DNA from: Candidatus Micrarchaeia archaeon
Lineage (GTDB): Archaea > Micrarchaeota > Micrarchaeia > CAILAH01
Assembly (NCBI GenBank): GCA_038740245.1
Contig: JAVYLZ010000022.1
Coordinates: forward strand, 1 to 10,411
Direction of reading: 5' to 3'
DNA: 10,411 nucleotides
In this document: one piece after another, positions 1 to 6,659 of the stretch
Numbering within the stretch: the first letter of the stretch is position 1
Layout: every line of letters starts with the position of its first letter
Position numbers and translations under genes: made by a program
Notes under the pieces: generated by a model
Databases searched by the model: none
The model's input: the letters and a program-made list of their open reading frames with translations, nothing else
What the model was told of the DNA's origin: nothing

Positions 1-222
1 AATGCATTCCTGTGGCTTTGTGGTGGCATGTTTGCCGTTTCACTGATTTCTGCAATAAGAAAGGAGAGGGAGCTTAGCAGAATAAAGGAAAAGATTGCAG
101 AGCTCTACTTAAATGATAGGGAAACTGTTGGGAAAGCGCTTTTTGATCTGTACGAGGAGTCCGGTGATGGCCTGAGGCACGAGCTCAGGGCGATTTCTGC
201 AAAGGCGAAATCTGCTAATTGA
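1..222 (+). CDS. Hypothetical membrane protein, C-terminal part (5' end outside window)
   Basis: Frame is open from base 1 (NAFLWLCGGMFAVSLISAIRKERELSRIKEK...) to TGA 220-222. A hydrophobic segment is followed by a basic/charged helix. No family recognised. Confidence 0.55.
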   Translation, partial: NAFLWLCGGMFAVSLISAIRKERELSRIKEKIAELYLNDRETVGKALFDLYEESGDGLRHELRAISAKAKSAN

Positions 223-260
223 TGTGCGGAGCGGCTGGGATTTGCAATGGACACTGGCTG

Positions 261-274
261 CGAAAGTTAATTAA
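261..274 (+). promoter_or_regulatory. Putative archaeal BRE/TATA promoter
   Basis: CGAAAG (BRE-like, 261-266) then TTAATTAA (267-274), ending 21 nt before ATG 296. This spacing fits a leaderless transcript. Confidence 0.45.
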
Positions 275-295
275 GATATGAAGCAAAAAGGTATT

Positions 296-793
296 ATGCG
301 CACAGAGATTCTTGTGGTTGCTGTTGCAGTCCTGCTTGCACTGATTTACATTGCCGCGAACAATCCTTTTGTTGTTGAGAAGACAAGGAGTGTTGTGTGC
401 CCGGAGGATAACATTGCAATACCTGAGCGTGTTTGCGGTGTTGATGACGCTGCATGCCGTGTTGAGGCTGTGCAGCACAAGAAAGCGTGCGACAACGTTG
501 TGCTGGTTGAGGAAAGCGCGCTTGGAACGTTCCGTGCGGAGATGCGCGAGTTTGGGGGCCAGTGCCTCATAACGATAAGCGCGGTGGACGGGTACTCGCA
601 GGACGTTGAAAACAAGACGATGGAGTGCGTAGTGCCCATAAATGAGTTAAGGCTTCTGTACGAGCAGCCCAAGGGCAAGCAGCTTTATGCAGTATTCCCA
701 TATTCCCCTGATTTGCTGGAGCGGTGCACCGGGGAGCTGAAGGACTCATTGTCCGTTGTTGTTAAGGAGATATACGAGAGCAAGTGCCCGTAA
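296..793 (+). CDS. Cys-rich exported or membrane-anchored hypothetical protein
   Basis: ORF 278-793. ATG 296 is preferred because of the promoter spacing and the signal-like N-terminus MRTEILVVAVAVLLALIYIAA. Eight Cys lie in the soluble domain (possible disulfides). Confidence 0.75.
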   Translation: MRTEILVVAVAVLLALIYIAANNPFVVEKTRSVVCPEDNIAIPERVCGVDDAACRVEAVQHKKACDNVVLVEESALGTFRAEMREFGGQCLITISAVDGYSQDVENKTMECVVPINELRLLYEQPKGKQLYAVFPYSPDLLERCTGELKDSLSVVVKEIYESKCP

Positions 794-819
794 TCTTTGG
801 GCGTTTTGGCACACCCGGC

Positions 820-834
820 ATAAGCTTTTTATAG
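820..834 (+). promoter_or_regulatory. BRE/TATA promoter of the 5S rRNA gene
   Basis: ATAAGC followed by TTTTTATA (826-833), ending 21 nt before the 5S 5' end at 855. This is typical archaeal TATA-to-start spacing. Confidence 0.7.
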
Positions 835-854
835 GTTGCCCATCCTAAAATAGC

Positions 855-1023
855 TGCCAACGGCCATAGGGGGAGGGCCACACCTGGACTCTTACCGAAA
901 GCCTTTCTTTGGGATGCCAAGAAAGCCTTGGGAAAGAAGAAGGGCCGGGAACCCAGAAGTTAAGCCTCCCTACGGTGCTGCGTGTACTAACCTCTCGGTT
1001 GGGAAAGCACACTGCTGTTGGCA
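855..1023 (+). rRNA. rrf: 5S ribosomal RNA, interrupted by a 52-nt insertion in loop C
   Basis: Helix I TGCCAACGGC(855-864)/GCTGTTGGCA(1014-1023). Helix II GGGAGG(871-876)/CCTCCC(965-970) with bulged A972. Helix III ACCTGG(882-887)/CCAG-AA-GT(953-960). Conserved CCGAAC (after insert removal) and GAAGTTAAGCC motifs. Loop E-like TGTA/GAA. Helix IV CTAACC(987-992)/GGTTGG(997-1002). Confidence 0.95.
900..951 (+). other. Candidate BHB/BHL-type archaeal intron (or expansion segment) in 5S rRNA
   Basis: Central helix ACCG(894-897)/CGGG(946-949), bulge AAA(898-900), intron stem GCCTTTCTTT(901-910)/GAAGAAGGGC(936-945), second bulge AAC(950-952). Removing 900-951 gives loop C ACTCTTACCGAAC. Confidence 0.75.
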
Positions 1024-1066
1024 CTTATATTCGCAAATTTTACCAATTTAATTTGGAAATCCCCAG

Positions 1067-1077
1067 TTTTTGCTTTT
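1067..1077 (+). terminator. Possible oligo-T terminator for the 5S transcript
   Basis: TTTTT-GC-TTTT in the 84-nt gap between the 5S gene and the convergent Mut7-C gene. Confidence 0.3.
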
Positions 1078-1107
1078 GCGGCACATGGCTTAGGCATGCA
1101 TGTTAGT

Positions 1108-1581
1108 TCATCCCTTCGCAGGCCCAGGCCGTGAGAGATTGTGAAGTATCCTGTATATGCGCTTCCAGTGGCTGCCCGTCCAGTATACCTTGCCGCATCC
1201 CCCGCACACCCAAAACTTCCTGTGCATCTTAAGCACCCTTTTGGGCAATTTCAGGGCAACCTCATTCTTTTTTGCCAGGCGCAAGGTGGCATTGCAGAGA
1301 GGGCATCGTATTATGGCCGGGAACCCAAACTGGCCGGTATACTGCCTTATTATGCGCAGCTGCCTCCTGAGTGATACTACCGGCAGGAGCATGCACTGCA
1401 CACCCTGCTTCTTGCATTTTGCCGCGAGCGCCCTGTCGCGCGTCACGATGGTACGCCCAGACTCCCGTGCAAGTGCAGCCAATCGGTCGTCGCCGCCACC
1501 TTCAAATATCTGCGAGTCAATGCCGGCCATGCGCGCCCATCGTGCAGTGTTCCTGAGCATCTCGTCAAATATGAGCTTCAC
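1108..1581 (-). CDS. Mut7-C RNase domain protein (PIN-fold + Zn ribbon; DUF82/COG1656 family)
   Basis: N-terminal KLIFDEMLRNTARWARMAGID, then DD and IVTRD PIN-type acidic motifs. C-terminal RCPLCN...FWVCGGCGKVYWTGSHW family signature. GTG start. Confidence 0.9.
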   Translation of the reverse strand: MKLIFDEMLRNTARWARMAGIDSQIFEGGGDDRLAALARESGRTIVTRDRALAAKCKKQGVQCMLLPVVSLRRQLRIIRQYTGQFGFPAIIRCPLCNATLRLAKKNEVALKLPKRVLKMHRKFWVCGGCGKVYWTGSHWKRIYRILHNLSRPGPAKG

Positions 1582-1625
1582 GGCACATTAATGCACGTTG
1601 CAGCATTTTACTTTTGCGGCCGCTG

Positions 1626-1640
1626 CTGAAACTTATAAAA
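1626..1640 (+). promoter_or_regulatory. BRE/TATA promoter for the coiled-coil gene (possibly also serving the divergent Mut7-C gene)
   Basis: CTGAAAC then TTATAAAA (1633-1640). The opposite strand reads TTTTATAA. Confidence 0.55.
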
Positions 1641-1641
1641 A

Positions 1642-1663
1642 GGTTATGCCTCTCAACATAACC
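1642..1663. repeat. Perfect 7-bp inverted repeat (candidate operator)
   Basis: GGTTATG(1642-1648)-N8-CATAACC(1657-1663), immediately downstream of the TATA box. Confidence 0.5.
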
Positions 1664-1687
1664 ATTCCGCTTTAATGGTGAATTTTC

Positions 1688-2281
1688 TTGGAGCAGGAAG
1701 TTAATCTTGATGTGGCGGCCGGCGCTGGTGCAGATGCTTCGGCAGCACCGGCACAGGTGCAGCAGGGCGAGCGCAAGAATGCGTTTATGGAGCTTACCGA
1801 GTCAATGAAGCAGAAGCGGCAGCTCCTGCTTTCAAAGATTGAGCGCATAAAGGCACTGCGCGACCAGCTTGCAGGCGCAAACAAGTCAAGCGTGCGCGCA
1901 CTCAAGAAGAAGAAGGAGTATCTTGAGTTCAAGATTTCAACGGAAGCGATAACGCTGGACAAGGAGCGCCAGCTTATGAAGTCCATCAAGGGCCTTGAAG
2001 AGGAGATAAAGAGCGCTGAGGGCAAGGAAGGCGAGCGCAAGAAGATACTCGCCGAGATAAAGGAGCTTGACGGCGACATTGAGAAGCTCAAAAATGAGCT
2101 TGACGAGATGAAGCTTGAGCTGATAAAGCTGCGCGAGGAGCGCAAGAAGCGCCGTGCAGAGGTGCGCAAGAGGCGCGAGGAGCGCGAGCAGAAGCCGCAC
2201 GCCCAGCAGTTCAAGAAGGAAGAGTTTGTGGTTAACCTTGAGGACATCGTGGTTATAAAGAAGAAGGAAGACAACCAGTAA
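1688..2281 (+). CDS. Archaeal coiled-coil protein, COG1340-like
   Basis: TTG start with SD GGTGA at 1677-1681. K/E-rich heptads. LEFKISTEAITLDKERQLMKSIKGLE resembles the conserved core of the uncharacterised archaeal coiled-coil family COG1340. Confidence 0.8.
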   Translation: MEQEVNLDVAAGAGADASAAPAQVQQGERKNAFMELTESMKQKRQLLLSKIERIKALRDQLAGANKSSVRALKKKKEYLEFKISTEAITLDKERQLMKSIKGLEEEIKSAEGKEGERKKILAEIKELDGDIEKLKNELDEMKLELIKLREERKKRRAEVRKRREEREQKPHAQQFKKEEFVVNLEDIVVIKKKEDNQ

Positions 2282-2285
2282 GCGA

Positions 2286-2291
2286 TTTTTT
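2286..2291 (+). terminator. Possible oligo-T terminator
   Basis: T6 run 4 nt after the TAA stop of the coiled-coil gene. Confidence 0.35.
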
Positions 2292-2435
2292 GTGGAGGGA
2301 AAGGATAGCCGGCAGGCACTTTGCGCTTTTTATGTTTCCCCCGAGAGGGCTTTGTGGCAATAAAAGGGAAAGACAGGCCCAACAAGCACGCCACGCTTTT
2401 TCTATGTTTTATTACTTTATGCCATATCCCTAAAC

Positions 2436-4820
2436 ATGCACAGGGCGTTCCTGCTTGACATTGGCATTGCCGAAGGCCAGCCCACTGAGGAGGGCGTGCG
2501 GCCAGCCGCAATAGAGCTGGTGCTCCGTGCAGGCGAACGGTTTTTTTTGAAGAAGGTGCGGTTCAGCCCATACTTTTATTTTGTCGGCAAAATCCCAAAG
2601 GAGCTTAAGGATGTCCCGCAGGTTGCATCAATTGAGGAAAAGGGGATGGTGCTCGGCGTTGAGCCCGTGAAGGCACACAAGATAGTGTGCTACAACCCGT
2701 CCGATATTCCAAAGCTGCGCGAGCTGTTCAATAAGTTCGGCACCTGCTACGAGGCGGATATACCATACGTGCGCAGGTATATGATTGACACGGGCGTGCG
2801 CGTGTTTTCTGAAATAGCATATGAAGAGGAGGGGGACGACTATATTGCAGTGAAATCCTGCGTTGAGGCGCACGGCCAGCTTAACGCCATGGCTTTTGAC
2901 ATAGAGACGTACAACCCGCACGGCACGCCGTCCCCGCGGGAGGATCCCGCGATTGTGATAAGCTACGCAACTGGGCCGCATTCCGCGCGTGCTATCACAT
3001 ACGGCGATGTGAAGGATAGGCGCGCTGAGAAGGTGCGCGATGAGGCCGAGATGATACGCCGGTTTTGCGAGGCTGTGCGCACCAGCAATGCCGACATACT
3101 TTACGGCTATAATTCATCGGATTTTGACTTGCCGTACTTGAGGAAGCGCGCGCAAGTGGCAAGAACGCGCCTTGAGCTTGGCAGGGACAATTCCGCGTTC
3201 ATCCTCAGGAGCAGGGGCATGTTCACAACGGCGAGCATAGCCGGCCGGATACACGCGGATGTATTCCACATGGTCCGGTTCCTTGCGGGCATCGGCGCCC
3301 TCAAGACAAACACATACACGCTTGGCGAGGTCTACAGGGAAATGCTCGGCGGCGAGAAGGCCAGCGTGCCCAAGCTTGACATATGGAAGATGTGGAACGA
3401 TGCAGCCATGCGCGAGCAGCTTATTGACTATGCGATTGATGACGCGCAGGCGACGTACCTGCTCGGCGAGCGCATATTCCCAATATTCGTTGAGATTGCA
3501 CGCGCGGCGGGCATAACCGTTGACGATGCAATCTCGTCCACCACCGGCCAGCTTGTGGAGCACGTGCTGCTTGGCGAGGCGCACAGGCGCGGTGTGCTCG
3601 CCCCCAACAAGCCGAAGGAGAGCGAGGTGCTTGCGAGGGATGAGGAGCCCATTGAGGGCGCATACGTGAAGCTGCCTGAGCCCGGCATATACGACCGCAT
3701 AATGGTGTTTGACTTCAGAAGTTTGTATCCAAGCATTATTGTTTCCCACAATATATCACCCGAGACCATCAATTGCAAGTGCTGCAAAGATGGTGAGGCG
3801 CACGTATCCCCCGACGGCACACGCTTTTGCGCGAAAAACAGGGGAATAATACCGGAATCCCTCGCAAAACTGCTGGCCCACCGTGCAGCCCTGAAAAAGC
3901 AGATGAAGTCGCTTGACAAGGACTCAAAGGAGTATGCGTACGCAAACGCACGGCAGTATGCGTTCAAGATTATCGCCAACTCGTTTTACGGCATGCTGAG
4001 GTACGTGCGTGCGCGGTGGTACTGCCGCGAGTGCGCATCCGCCACAACGGCGTGGGAGCGGCACTATATACAGGATGTGATTGCCAAGGCCGAGGCGGAC
4101 GGCTTCAAGGTGCTTTATTCAGATACCGACTCAATATTCCTGCTGCTGGGCGACCGCCCCGAGAGGGACGCGCTTGCGTTTATGGACAAGATAAACAGGT
4201 CCCTGCCCAAGGATATGGAGCTTGAGCTGGAGGATTATTACATGCGGGGCATATTCGTCTCCAAGAAATCTGCAGGCGGCACAGGTGCCAAGAAGAAGTA
4301 TGCACTGCTCTCCAGGGACGGCAACATCAAGATACGCGGGTTTGAGCTGGTGCGGAGGGACTGGTCCGGCATTGCAAAGGAGACGCAGCGGAAGGTGCTT
4401 GAGACCGTGCTCAAGGACGGCTCTGTGGACAAGGCACTCAAAATAGTCAATGAGACGGTTGAGCTTCTGCGCTCAGGCAGGGCGCCGCTGAAGGACCTGG
4501 TGATGTACTCTGCACTGCGCAAGGAGGTTGGCGATTACAAGGCGGCCGGCCCGGAAGTGTCCGCGGCCATAAAGGCAAAAAAGCACGGGATAGAAGTGCG
4601 CGAGGGCCAGCTTATAGGGTATGTTATAACTTCCAGGGGCAGGTCAATATCTGAGAAGGCCCAGCTTGCCGAGCTTGTTGAGGAGGGTGACTATGACCCC
4701 GACTATTACATCAACAACCAAGTTATACCGGCAGTTGAGAAGATACTCGGCGAGCTCGGCTATTCCGGCGACCTCCTCAAGCAGGGCAAGCGGCAGCACG
4801 GGATATCTGACTGGCTGTGA
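2436..4820 (+). CDS. polB: DNA polymerase family B (archaeal PolB3-type), intein-free
   Basis: ExoI AFDIET, ExoII GYNSSDFDLPYL, ExoIII YAIDD. Motif A DFRSLYPSII, motif B KIIANSFYG, motif C YSDTDS. KKKY and RGFELVRRDWS present. C-terminal PIP-box QHGISDWL. Confidence 0.97.
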   Translation: MHRAFLLDIGIAEGQPTEEGVRPAAIELVLRAGERFFLKKVRFSPYFYFVGKIPKELKDVPQVASIEEKGMVLGVEPVKAHKIVCYNPSDIPKLRELFNKFGTCYEADIPYVRRYMIDTGVRVFSEIAYEEEGDDYIAVKSCVEAHGQLNAMAFDIETYNPHGTPSPREDPAIVISYATGPHSARAITYGDVKDRRAEKVRDEAEMIRRFCEAVRTSNADILYGYNSSDFDLPYLRKRAQVARTRLELGRDNSAFILRSRGMFTTASIAGRIHADVFHMVRFLAGIGALKTNTYTLGEVYREMLGGEKASVPKLDIWKMWNDAAMREQLIDYAIDDAQATYLLGERIFPIFVEIARAAGITVDDAISSTTGQLVEHVLLGEAHRRGVLAPNKPKESEVLARDEEPIEGAYVKLPEPGIYDRIMVFDFRSLYPSIIVSHNISPETINCKCCKDGEAHVSPDGTRFCAKNRGIIPESLAKLLAHRAALKKQMKSLDKDSKEYAYANARQYAFKIIANSFYGMLRYVRARWYCRECASATTAWERHYIQDVIAKAEADGFKVLYSDTDSIFLLLGDRPERDALAFMDKINRSLPKDMELELEDYYMRGIFVSKKSAGGTGAKKKYALLSRDGNIKIRGFELVRRDWSGIAKETQRKVLETVLKDGSVDKALKIVNETVELLRSGRAPLKDLVMYSALRKEVGDYKAAGPEVSAAIKAKKHGIEVREGQLIGYVITSRGRSISEKAQLAELVEEGDYDPDYYINNQVIPAVEKILGELGYSGDLLKQGKRQHGISDWL

Positions 4821-4836
4821 CAGGAAGCTTTATATA
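4821..4836 (+). promoter_or_regulatory. BRE/TATA promoter (distal) for the RNAP operon
   Basis: CAGGAAGC then TTTATATA (4829-4836), directly after the polB stop. Confidence 0.6.
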
Positions 4837-4862
4837 CGAAACCCTTCCCGCCCATTTTGTTG

Positions 4863-4877
4863 GGAAGTATTTTAAAG
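4863..4877 (+). promoter_or_regulatory. Possible second (proximal) BRE/TATA for the RNAP operon
   Basis: GGAAGTA then TTTTAAAG (4870-4877). It would start transcription near 4900, just before the rpoH SD GGTGG (4904-4908). Confidence 0.4.
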
Positions 4878-4914
4878 TTAACTTAATTTAACTTACCAGC
4901 GCCGGTGGTTTAGC

Positions 4915-5163
4915 TTGAGCAAGAGTGAGCAAAAGAAGAAATTTTCCGTGTTTGACCACGTCCTCGTGCCAAAGCACGAGATTGTGCCTGATCCTGAAGT
5001 TGAGAAAATCCTCGCAGAGCTTAATGTCCCCCGCGACAAACTCCCGAGGATGCTCCCCACAGATCCGGCGGCCAAAGAGATTGGCGCAAAGAAAGGCGAT
5101 GTGGTCCGGATATACCGGAAAGGCCCCGGCAGCGAGACGGTTTACTACCGCCTGGTTGGCTAG
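4915..5163 (+). CDS. rpoH: DNA-directed RNA polymerase subunit H (Rpo5)
   Basis: HVLVPKHEI, LPRMLPTDPAAKEIGAKKGDVVRIYR, VYYRLV motifs. TTG start with SD GGTGG. Confidence 0.97.
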   Translation: MSKSEQKKKFSVFDHVLVPKHEIVPDPEVEKILAELNVPRDKLPRMLPTDPAAKEIGAKKGDVVRIYRKGPGSETVYYRLVG

Positions 5164-5183
5164 CAACCGCACCTGGTGATTAT

Positions 5184-6650
5184 ATGCGAAGGGAACTCCT
5201 ATCCTATTATATAAGGCAAAATCCACCCGTCCAGCAGCACCTTGAGTCGTTTGACAGGTTTGTTGACAAGGGGCTGGCGGAGGTAATCCGCTCAATCGGT
5301 TCAATTGAGCCTGGCATTGAAGGGTATTCTTTTAAGCTCGGAAAGATACGCATTGAGCAGCCGATGGTCCAGGAGGCGGATGGCTCTCGGCGCATAATTA
5401 TGCCCATGGAGGCGAGGATGCGCAACCTTACGTATGCCTCCCCCATGTTTCTTGAGATAACGCCCACTATAAGCGGCATTGAAAGGGATACCGAAGAGGT
5501 GTTTATAGGCGAGCTCCCCATTATGGTCAAGTCCAAGGCGTGCCACCTGCACGGCCTTGGCAGGAACGAGCTCATTGATTACGGCGAGGACCCTCTTGAC
5601 CCCGGCGGCTATTTCATCGTCAACGGCACTGAAAAGGTGCTTGTGAGCCTTGAGGACCTTGTCCCCAACAGGATAATCGTGAGCAGCGACAGTGCAAAGG
5701 GCATTGTGAATGCCAAGGTATTCTCAACGCGGTTCGGGTTCAGGGCGCGCTGCAGTGTTGACCGCACAAAGGACGGCAAGCTCCAGCTGACGTTCCCTGC
5801 CGCACCGCCATCCATGCCAGTGGTGCCGTTCCTGCGCATACTCGGGCTCAAGACCGACAAGCAGATTGTTGAGGCGTTTACCGACAACCCCTACATACGC
5901 TCCGACATACTTTACAACCTTGAGCTTGACACCACAAAGACGTATGACGAGGCGCTGGACTTCATAGGGAAGAAGGCGGCGCCAGGCCAGGCCAAGGACT
6001 TCAGGCTCAAGCGCGCAGAGATACTCATAGACACATACCTGCTTCCGCATTTGGGCACGGATGCCGACTCGCGGATGGCAAAGGCCCGCTACCTCATAAG
6101 CATGCTTGAGCGCACCATACTGGTTGCCAACAAGAAGATACCGAAGGATGACAGGGACCATTACATGAACAAGCGCGTCAAGCTCCCTGGTGAGCTTATG
6201 CAGGAGCTGTTCAGGTATGCGTTCCAGTTCCTCATAAAGGACGTGACATACCAGGTTGAGAGGAGCGTTGCGAGGGGCAGGAGGATAACCGCACGCACGG
6301 CAATCCGGCCCGATGCGCTCAGCGACAGGATAAAGTATGCGCTGGCTACAGGGAACTGGATTGCCGGGCAGACTGGCGTGTCGCAGATGCTTGACCGCAC
6401 AAATTACTTTGCGACGTGCTCGCACATGCGCAGGCTCATCTCGCCGCTCAGCAGGAGGCACCCGCACTTCAAGGCGCGTGACCTGCACGGCACACAGTGG
6501 GGCAAGATGTGCATTGCGGAGACGCCCGAAGGCCCGTCATGCTCGCTGGTAAAGAACTTTGCGCTTATGAGCGAGGTGTCGCTGCCACCGGCGGCAAGCG
6601 ATGAGGGCGCGGTAATACGGTTCCTCCGGCAGAAGGAGGTAAAGGAGTAG
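5184..6650 (+). CDS. rpoB2: DNA-directed RNA polymerase subunit B'' (Rpo2N)
   Basis: PMEARMRNLTYASP, GEDPLDPGGYFIVNGTEKV, ARDLHGTQWG, ETPEG motifs. SD GGTGA at 5175-5179. Confidence 0.96.
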   Translation: MRRELLSYYIRQNPPVQQHLESFDRFVDKGLAEVIRSIGSIEPGIEGYSFKLGKIRIEQPMVQEADGSRRIIMPMEARMRNLTYASPMFLEITPTISGIERDTEEVFIGELPIMVKSKACHLHGLGRNELIDYGEDPLDPGGYFIVNGTEKVLVSLEDLVPNRIIVSSDSAKGIVNAKVFSTRFGFRARCSVDRTKDGKLQLTFPAAPPSMPVVPFLRILGLKTDKQIVEAFTDNPYIRSDILYNLELDTTKTYDEALDFIGKKAAPGQAKDFRLKRAEILIDTYLLPHLGTDADSRMAKARYLISMLERTILVANKKIPKDDRDHYMNKRVKLPGELMQELFRYAFQFLIKDVTYQVERSVARGRRITARTAIRPDALSDRIKYALATGNWIAGQTGVSQMLDRTNYFATCSHMRRLISPLSRRHPHFKARDLHGTQWGKMCIAETPEGPSCSLVKNFALMSEVSLPPAASDEGAVIRFLRQKEVKE

Positions 6651-6659
6651 GTGACGCTT

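Noticed and set aside
897..951. GAA direct repeat flanking the 5S insert read as the target-site duplication of a MITE
   Set aside because: Three bases is uninformative, and the repeat is expected from BHB geometry (helix G plus AA bulge at both junctions). No transposon-like termini.
806..1024. TTGGCAC at 806-812 and 1018-1024, and TGCCAA at 855-860 and 915-920, as possible att sites or duplications
   Set aside because: Only 6-7 bp, with no integrase or mobile genes nearby. Compatible with chance.
909..1106. 65-aa + strand ORF starting inside the 5S insert
   Set aside because: Overlaps the 5S rRNA 3' half, has a TTG start without SD and no recognisable motif. It is not a homing endonuclease.
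1672..2511. 279-aa minus-strand ORF
   Set aside because: Ser/Phe/Leu-rich antisense shadow of the K/E-rich coiled-coil gene.
5161..6650. TAG recoding (alternative genetic code or pyrrolysine)
   Set aside because: rpoH ends with TAG at its normal C-terminus, there are no internal TAGs in conserved genes, and rpoB' has its own SD and ATG.
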